A stretch of 64,000 bases of DNA. It comes from an uncultured bacterium (lineage in GTDB: Bacteria > Zhuqueibacterota > QNDG01 > DTFT01). A model generated the notes under the pieces. It saw only the letters and a list, made by a program, of their open reading frames with translations, had not been told where the DNA came from and searched no databases. The position numbers and the translations under genes are program-made. Location: contig CAVTNR010000002.1 in NCBI GenBank assembly GCA_963736115.1, positions 32,001-96,000 on the forward strand, in the 5' to 3' direction. Below, piece by piece: positions 57,966 to 64,000 of this stretch. The first letter of the stretch is position 1; each line of letters opens with the position of its first letter.

Positions 57966-59960
57966 TCAATACACGCGGATCGGCATGATCATCACCGGAA
58001 TCCCCTCAAAATGGAGCCGCCGATGCACTGAAAAAATAGTGTAATTGTGAAGTGCCCGATGGAGAACCGATTCCCTGGAGAAGACGAGCTGTCCCCCGAA
58101 AAACATCGGATTCGGATACTCCGCCTGGATGCGTTTCGCCATCCGCATGATCTCATCGACCACATCCACCCCCACCGAATAAACGCCTTCCGCATAGATA
58201 CCGTGCTTTTTCATGTAATCGACGTACTTCTCACCCTCCTCCTCGAGGCGCCTGTCGATCGCCCGGATGTCCTTCTGTCCCTTGAAATTCCCCGCGTCCA
58301 CCACGCCGACCTGCACGAACACAAAATTGGTGAAAAATCCCGGGAACTGCCGGATGATGGAGAAGAGCGTGTGCAGGCCCAGTCCGTTGAAACCGTTGAC
58401 GAACAGCACGGCCGTGCGGCCCTTCGCATTCAGCTTCAGTCGTTTCACGCCCCGCGCCGGCTTTTCAGTGGGAGCGAGCAGGGACGATTCCGTGACCGAA
58501 ACGAGGCCGTCCAGCCGCTTCAGCATCTTCTGCACCTTGCCGTAATGCCGTTTGACCAGGGAGAAGAAGACGAACAACCCGCCGGTCACCAGCAGTGTGA
58601 TCCATCCCCCCTGGTTGAACTTCAGCACGGTCACCGTAATCAGAATGAACAACGTCAGGGTAAGACCGACGCCGTTGACGGCCAGTTTTCCCGCCCAGCC
58701 CCTGGCTTCGCGGCGCGATTGCCACCAGTGCCGCACCATGCCGAGCTGGGACAGTGAAAAGGTGATGAACACATTGATGGAGTACAGCACCACGAGCAGG
58801 GTCACCGAACCGGCAGTGGCAACCACGAGCGCCATGGCGGCGAGTCCCATGATGAGTATGCCGTTCTGGGTGACCAGACGGTCCGACAGGGTCGCGAAAC
58901 GGGTGGGTACCCAGCGGTCCCCGGCCATGTTGGACAGGACGCGGGGTCCGTCGAGAAATCCCGTCTGCGCGGCGACAAAGAGCAGAACGGCCTCGGACAG
59001 GAGGGTCAGCAAAACGAAACGGGGTCCCCATGCACCCCATCCTCGCGTAATGGTTTCGAACAATACCGCGTTCAGCGTTTTGCCGGGCACATGCTCAACC
59101 TTGTATAATATGTAGGCCAGCATCAGACCGAAGACCATAAAGGCCAGGGATCCGGCCATGTAGGCCATGGTCCTCTTGGCGGTCTGAACCTTGGGTTCGC
59201 GCAGGACGGGAATGCCGTTGCTGACCGCCTCGATTCCGGTGAACGTGCCCGCTCCCATGCTGAACGAACGGAGGATCAGCAGCACCATGCCCGTCACGCC
59301 CAGAGTGGCGCTCGTGGCGCGCACATCCGCCGAAACCGTGGCCGTCACTTCCGGAAGCTTGAACAGGTGAGTGACAACGGCGAGGATGATCACACCCAGA
59401 TGGGTGATGATAAAAACCAGAAAAATGGGAACGATCGGAAGAACCGATTCCCTGACACCCCTCAAGTTAACCAGGATGAGAACCAGAACGCCGAGCAACG
59501 CGAAACCGATCCGGTAGGAATGCCAGGCCGGCGGCAGAAAACTGAACAGAGCATCCGCGCCGGACGAAACGGAAACGGCGATCGTCAGAACGTAGTCGAT
59601 GAGCAGGGCGGACCCGGACAGCATGCCGGTTCTCGGCGAAAGCAGGCGGGTGGCGACCAGATACCCGCCCCCGCCGCTTGGAAACAGCTCGATAATCTGG
59701 GAATAACTCGCGCTGATAACCAGGATGGTGACCACGCTGAGCAGGGCGACGATGAGCCCCAGGGCGTGGTGCGAACCCAGCACCACGAAAGCTTCGGCAG
59801 GGCCATAGCATGATGAACTGATCCCGTCCGAACCCAGCCCAACCCAGGCGAAAAATGCGATCAGGGACAGTTTATGGAAGAGATTTTTATCCCGGACGTC
59901 CCGGCTTTTACCGATAAAAATCCGCTTGAGGCGGGATTTCAGTGAATAATTGGTCTCCAT
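57966..59960 (-). CDS. APC-superfamily transporter, YdaO/KimA-like (copy 1)
   Basis: DGISSSCYG, GGGGY, LIDYVLT, NLRGVRES, TGIEAVSN; colinear paralog of 55874..57868. Confidence 0.87.
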   Translation of the reverse strand: METNYSLKSRLKRIFIGKSRDVRDKNLFHKLSLIAFFAWVGLGSDGISSSCYGPAEAFVVLGSHHALGLIVALLSVVTILVISASYSQIIELFPSGGGGYLVATRLLSPRTGMLSGSALLIDYVLTIAVSVSSGADALFSFLPPAWHSYRIGFALLGVLVLILVNLRGVRESVLPIVPIFLVFIITHLGVIILAVVTHLFKLPEVTATVSADVRATSATLGVTGMVLLILRSFSMGAGTFTGIEAVSNGIPVLREPKVQTAKRTMAYMAGSLAFMVFGLMLAYILYKVEHVPGKTLNAVLFETITRGWGAWGPRFVLLTLLSEAVLLFVAAQTGFLDGPRVLSNMAGDRWVPTRFATLSDRLVTQNGILIMGLAAMALVVATAGSVTLLVVLYSINVFITFSLSQLGMVRHWWQSRREARGWAGKLAVNGVGLTLTLFILITVTVLKFNQGGWITLLVTGGLFVFFSLVKRHYGKVQKMLKRLDGLVSVTESSLLAPTEKPARGVKRLKLNAKGRTAVLFVNGFNGLGLHTLFSIIRQFPGFFTNFVFVQVGVVDAGNFKGQKDIRAIDRRLEEEGEKYVDYMKKHGIYAEGVYSVGVDVVDEIMRMAKRIQAEYPNPMFFGGQLVFSRESVLHRALHNYTIFSVHRRLHFEGIPVMIMPIRVY

Positions 59961-60169
59961 GACGCCTTTTCGTTCCAATCTAAGAAAATATAAAACAGAA
60001 ACTTAAAACATGCCATCCTGCGGAAAACGATGAGAAAGATACAGAATATAATGCCTGGAAGCAAGTTAATTCGCTCAAAACCCCCTATTCTGTCCGGGCC
60101 CGACGGACTGAATGCCCTCCCTGGCCCGGCCCGCCGGAGAGGAGAGCAGGCCGGACCGGGAGGATCCTT

Positions 60170-60898
60170 CTATATATTGATATCCAATTGGGTTGTAAAC
60201 GTATTGTTCGGAACCACCTTGTTATTGTTGAAAACCACATATCCGAAAATGACGCTGACATTCGTACTGAAGGCATATGAGCAGCCGAAGGACAGTGATC
60301 CGTACCAGCTTTTGCCTGAAGCGTAATCAACGCTCGCCCATATTTTTTCGGTCAGCGTCTTGTCCCAGGTCGCGATGAATCCGCTTGCGGCCGCTTCCCC
60401 GGTCTCGTCAAGGAATAGATTTTCGTTCAAACCCGCATAATACCCGAGGGAGATACGTCCGACTGTCGGCAGGGTCTTGGCCGTAAGGCCGTACACCATA
60501 TTATAATCCGTTACATCTTTTTTGGTCCCGAAATTGAACGCCCCGACGGCCAGTGCCGGACGGGCCCCGCTTTCGGGAAGTCCCAGCTTGAGATTGAAAT
60601 ACACCGGATCCGCCGAGGGTTCGATCAAATCGAAGCCGAATTCCAGGTATTTCAAGACGCCGACCGTCACTCCCACATCCGGCAGGATCATATAGGGATT
60701 CTTGCCGTTGTCGGCGATCGAAAAGTAATTGTCGATTCCGAAATGGACCGTGCCCTTCCTCTGAATGTCGGTCGACGGATTCCATATCTGCGTCGAAGCC
60801 GTGGCCCCGGCCTGGACCGGCCGGAGAACGCCGGCCGTCAGAACCGCTCCCAGAAACACTCGACAGGCCATCCCGTCGAAAGAATTTTTCATGCGCAT
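60170..60898 (-). CDS. Putative outer-membrane beta-barrel protein
   Basis: Signal peptide, amphipathic strands, ends QLDINI; downstream of amt-glnK. Confidence 0.65.
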   Translation of the reverse strand: MRMKNSFDGMACRVFLGAVLTAGVLRPVQAGATASTQIWNPSTDIQRKGTVHFGIDNYFSIADNGKNPYMILPDVGVTVGVLKYLEFGFDLIEPSADPVYFNLKLGLPESGARPALAVGAFNFGTKKDVTDYNMVYGLTAKTLPTVGRISLGYYAGLNENLFLDETGEAAASGFIATWDKTLTEKIWASVDYASGKSWYGSLSFGCSYAFSTNVSVIFGYVVFNNNKVVPNNTFTTQLDINI

Positions 60899-61025
60899 TT
60901 CATCCTCCTTCATTTTTTGTTTTTCCTTCGTTTGCCGTTCGCGCCCCTCCCGGGAACGGGTGCCGGCTGCGGGAGGCCCTGACCGCCCGTCGGGCCCCTT
61001 CGGCCGGACGGTGCGGATTCGCTTC

Positions 61026-61415
61026 TCACTTTTTCTTCTCCCCCGTCTTCCGGCGCGCGTCGATGTCGTCCGGATACATCAGCGCCTCGCCACCCCGCTC
61101 CCCGGTGCGGATCCGGATCACGTCCTCCACGGGATAGACGAAAATCAATCCGTCCCCCTGCTTTCCGGTCCGCGCCGCGGCGCAGATCACGTCAATGGCC
61201 TTTTCCAGGTTGCGGTCGCTGAGCACGATGTTAATCTGCGCCTTCGGAATCAGGTCCATTTGATACGAAGTCCCACGCCATGACAGGTCGATGCCCCCCT
61301 GTCTTCCATGGCCACGCACTTCCGAGACGTTCAAACCAACGATGCCGGCTTCGCGCAATGCATCCTTCACCGCGGTCACCGCCTCTTCCCGTATGATGGC
61401 TTCTATTTTTTTCAT
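61026..61415 (-). CDS. glnK: P-II nitrogen regulatory protein
   Basis: MKKIEAIIR, GHGRQ, RTGKQGDGLIFV, IRIRTGERG; adjacent to amt. Confidence 0.92.
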   Translation of the reverse strand: MKKIEAIIREEAVTAVKDALREAGIVGLNVSEVRGHGRQGGIDLSWRGTSYQMDLIPKAQINIVLSDRNLEKAIDVICAAARTGKQGDGLIFVYPVEDVIRIRTGERGGEALMYPDDIDARRKTGEKKK

Positions 61416-61467
61416 GGATCCATTCTCCTATTCTATGAAAAGTGATCATGAACGACTCCCCTTCCGG

Positions 61468-63066
61468 TTATTTCCCGGCGTATGACTTGAACGTGACCGA
61501 CGGGATATGCAGCCGGCCGGAGTGCATGACCTCGTCGTCATGGATGTAGCCCTTGAGGCCCATTTCCGGCATATCCAGACCGAGCAGTTCGTCGGCCGGC
61601 GCGGAGCGAAGCAGTTTGAGGCCGGCGAGCGCCTTGAAGAACAGAAAACTCAATCCTCCGACGACAATCAGAATGGACGCGATCTCGGAGAGCTGGGACA
61701 GAATCTGCGTGTTCCCGCCGTGCAGGAGTCCACGGACCGGTCCGGTCACGCCGTTCCATCCGTCCGAAGCCGGGTTCCCGTTCGAGAAAATGCCCACGGC
61801 CAGAAGGCCCCACAGCCCGTTGGCGAAATGCACCGGAACGGCCCCGACCGGGTCATCAATTCTCAGCTTTTCGATGCCGAAGGTGACCGCGCAGACGAGG
61901 ATCCCGGCGATCAGGCCGATAACGACGGCCGAAATGGGGCTCACAAAGGCACATGGCGCCGTGATGGCCACCAGGCCCGCGAGAACACCGTTGACGGAGA
62001 GACCGGGATCGGGCTTTCGTGTCGGACCGAACCACCACATCGTCAGCATGGCGGAGCATCCGCCGGCCGCGCCGGCCAGCAAGGTGTTCACCGCCGCGGT
62101 CACGGCCAGGGACGCGCCCCCGCCGACGAACGCCAGCGAGGATCCGGGGTTGAAACCGAACCAGCCGAAAAACAGGATGATCGTGCCGAGAACGCCGAGC
62201 GGAATGTTGTGCCCCGGCATGGCGTTCGCCGAACCGTCCTTGTTGAATCGCCCGATCCGGGGGCCGATGACGATCGCGCCGACCAGGGCGAGCGTGCCTC
62301 CGATCATGTGCACGACGCCGGACCCCGCGAAATCCACGGCCCCGTTCCCCCATCCCGCGATACGGCCGAGATTCTGCAGCCATCCGCCGCCCCAGACCCA
62401 TCCCCCGACCAGCGGATAGATGAACATGCTCACCCAGAGCCCCATCAGGCAGAATCCGCCGAACTTGAGCCGCTCCGCCATCGAACCGGTGGGGATGGTG
62501 GCCGCCGTGTCCATGAACACCATCTGGAAGAAAAAGAAGGCCAGGACCCCGAAACTTCCGGCCCCGATGCCCTGCAGCAGAAATCCCTTGCCCCCCATGA
62601 TGCCGAACTGCCCGATAGATAGCAGTGGTTTGTCGAGCAGGCCGGTCCAATCACCGAGCGTCACGGGCGAGTGGGCCCAGGCGCCGAACGGACCGACGGC
62701 CGGCCAGGTGAAATTCACGGCGCCGAATTGAAGGGCAAAACCCGTCAGCCAGTAGCCGAGCGCACCGATGCAAAACACCATCATGTTCATCATCATGGTA
62801 TGCGCGACGTTCTTCGCCCGGGTGAAGCCCGTTTCCACCAGTGCGAATCCGGCCTGCATGAAAAAGACGAGGCCGCTGGCCAGGAGAACCCACAGTACGT
62901 TCAGGCCGGTGGTGACGTTGTTCGTGTTTTCCTCGACTTTCTGAACCGATTGCGCCAGGGCCGTGATATCGACCGCCGGCTCCCGCGCCATCAAGGCGGA
63001 TCCGCTCCACAACAGGAGCGCGAGAAAAAGTGCGGCTCCCGGTAGTTTTCTGATTTTTTTCTTCAT
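61468..63066 (-). CDS. amtB: Ammonium transporter
   Basis: FMQAGFA, DFAGSGVVH, WFGFNPGS, NGVLAGLVAIT, DDPVGAVPVH; RBS GGAGGA before MKKKIRK. Confidence 0.95.
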   Translation of the reverse strand: MKKKIRKLPGAALFLALLLWSGSALMAREPAVDITALAQSVQKVEENTNNVTTGLNVLWVLLASGLVFFMQAGFALVETGFTRAKNVAHTMMMNMMVFCIGALGYWLTGFALQFGAVNFTWPAVGPFGAWAHSPVTLGDWTGLLDKPLLSIGQFGIMGGKGFLLQGIGAGSFGVLAFFFFQMVFMDTAATIPTGSMAERLKFGGFCLMGLWVSMFIYPLVGGWVWGGGWLQNLGRIAGWGNGAVDFAGSGVVHMIGGTLALVGAIVIGPRIGRFNKDGSANAMPGHNIPLGVLGTIILFFGWFGFNPGSSLAFVGGGASLAVTAAVNTLLAGAAGGCSAMLTMWWFGPTRKPDPGLSVNGVLAGLVAITAPCAFVSPISAVVIGLIAGILVCAVTFGIEKLRIDDPVGAVPVHFANGLWGLLAVGIFSNGNPASDGWNGVTGPVRGLLHGGNTQILSQLSEIASILIVVGGLSFLFFKALAGLKLLRSAPADELLGLDMPEMGLKGYIHDDEVMHSGRLHIPSVTFKSYAGK

Positions 63067-63158
63067 GTCATCCTCCATGGTTTTAAATGCATTCTGGGAA
63101 GACGCTCGCGAACCGAATGAACCCTGCGACAATCGATTGTCCTCAGCCGAGATGAAAG

Positions 63159-63173
63159 GCAATCGAAGTGCCA
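63159..63173 (-). promoter_or_regulatory. Sigma54 -24/-12 promoter for amt
   Basis: TGGCAC-TTCGA-TTGC, about 95 bp upstream of the start. Confidence 0.85.
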
Positions 63174-63251
63174 TAACGCAGACAGCTTTTTAATGTTCTG
63201 TTTTTTATATGTTAAGCTAACAGGAGGGTGATAGGGGATCAATATGAAAGG

Positions 63252-63568
63252 CTACGGTTTTGTAGTGGCGGGTATGGTGCGCTACATATTCGTAAATATA
63301 CCCAATCCCCACGCACTATCCATACTTCTGTTCGAGAAGGACGCACCGCATTCTTTCCGGCGAAGAACGAGAAAAAATATGAAACAGGGAAAACCCTGGC
63401 TGAAAAATTTACCGGAACGTATTTCAAAGACTCCGCATTGGAGGAGAGGCGACAATAAACAGGAGGAATGAACCGGGAGGAATTAAGCAGGAGGGAGATT
63501 AGATAAGCGGGTCACAAACCATAACTACATAACCGTACCCATCATGTCACGCGGATACGGTTTTGTAG
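63252..63568. promoter_or_regulatory. Two pairs of TAC-N6-GTA boxes (putative enhancer sites)
   Basis: 63252-63265, 63282-63295, 63525-63538, 63555-63568; 30-bp spacing within each pair. Confidence 0.6.
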
Positions 63569-63600
63569 TTTTTGTTAAAACGATCATTTTGAGCCGTCAT

Positions 63601-64000
63601 CTACAGAAAGAGAAGCGCCACTCCGCTGATCGCGATCCCGGCTCCCGCCGCTTCGCGGAGCGTGACCTTTTCCTTCATGAAAAGAACTGCCGGCGGGATG
63701 ATGAGAATGGGCACCGTGGCCATGATGGTCGCCGCAATGCCCGCGGCCGTGCGCTGCACGGCAAACAACGAGAACGAGACGCCCAGAAAGGGCCCGAAAA
63801 AAGCGCCCGTGGTCGTGAGGGCCAGCGCCTTTGTGTTTTTCAGAGCGGAAAAGGTCCGGCCCCATGCGCCGCGGGCGGTCAGCAGAACGGCGAATCCGAT
63901 CACGCCCGTGATGATGCGGATCTGGGTGGCTCCGAACGGGCTGTAGTCGGCCATCCCGATCTTGCTGAGAATCAACCCTGCCGCCTGCCCGACCGCTCCG
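63601..64000 (-). CDS. EamA/DMT-family transporter, C-terminal part
   Basis: Hydrophobic helices, P...FMKEKVT.R...G..IA..GV. Confidence 0.85.
   Translation of the reverse strand, partial: GAVGQAAGLILSKIGMADYSPFGATQIRIITGVIGFAVLLTARGAWGRTFSALKNTKALALTTTGAFFGPFLGVSFSLFAVQRTAAGIAATIMATVPILIIPPAVLFMKEKVTLREAAGAGIAISGVALLFL

Noticed and set aside
59961-60169. c-di-AMP (ydaO) riboswitch upstream of the KimA-like genes
   Set aside because: No recognisable conserved core by eye; only an AT-rich stretch and a hairpin after the upstream gene. An Rfam scan would be decisive.
63067-63174. Longer N-terminus for amt from the ORF track
   Set aside because: That ATG lies within the sigma54 promoter, and a strong RBS precedes 63066.

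Overview
This is a high-GC chromosomal window from a Gram-negative bacterium of FCB-group type (KSB1/Calditrichota-like, inferred from TonB-receptor/PorV genes and several YPNPFN-type C-terminal sorting domains). From left to right it carries: a LacI-controlled TonB-receptor operon; a WYL-regulator locus; a beta-propeller sensor kinase; secreted proteases and a serpin; a histidine kinase/NtrC pair split by inserted genes; pfk; msrBA; ald-PEPM/ICL-tdh-kbl interrupted by a REP-associated tyrosine transposase (RAYT) with seven co-varying GTAG REPs; a DAK2-DegV fusion; a KDSR-like SDR; arfB; two tandem KimA/YdaO-like transporters; and a sigma54-driven amt-glnK-OMP operon. The most unusual signal is non-coding. 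Many intergenic regions hold REP-like palindromes of several families. A fixed-length ~46-bp micro-element (YCTTCAAT-N16-AGYTTGR-hairpin) occurs four times, nested inside two unrelated host palindromes whose empty versions are also in the window. A synonymously diverged orphan copy of a kinase C-terminus lies upstream of the NtrC-type regulator. Several genes have small frameshifts that look like assembly errors. No rRNA, tRNA or CRISPR array was seen.
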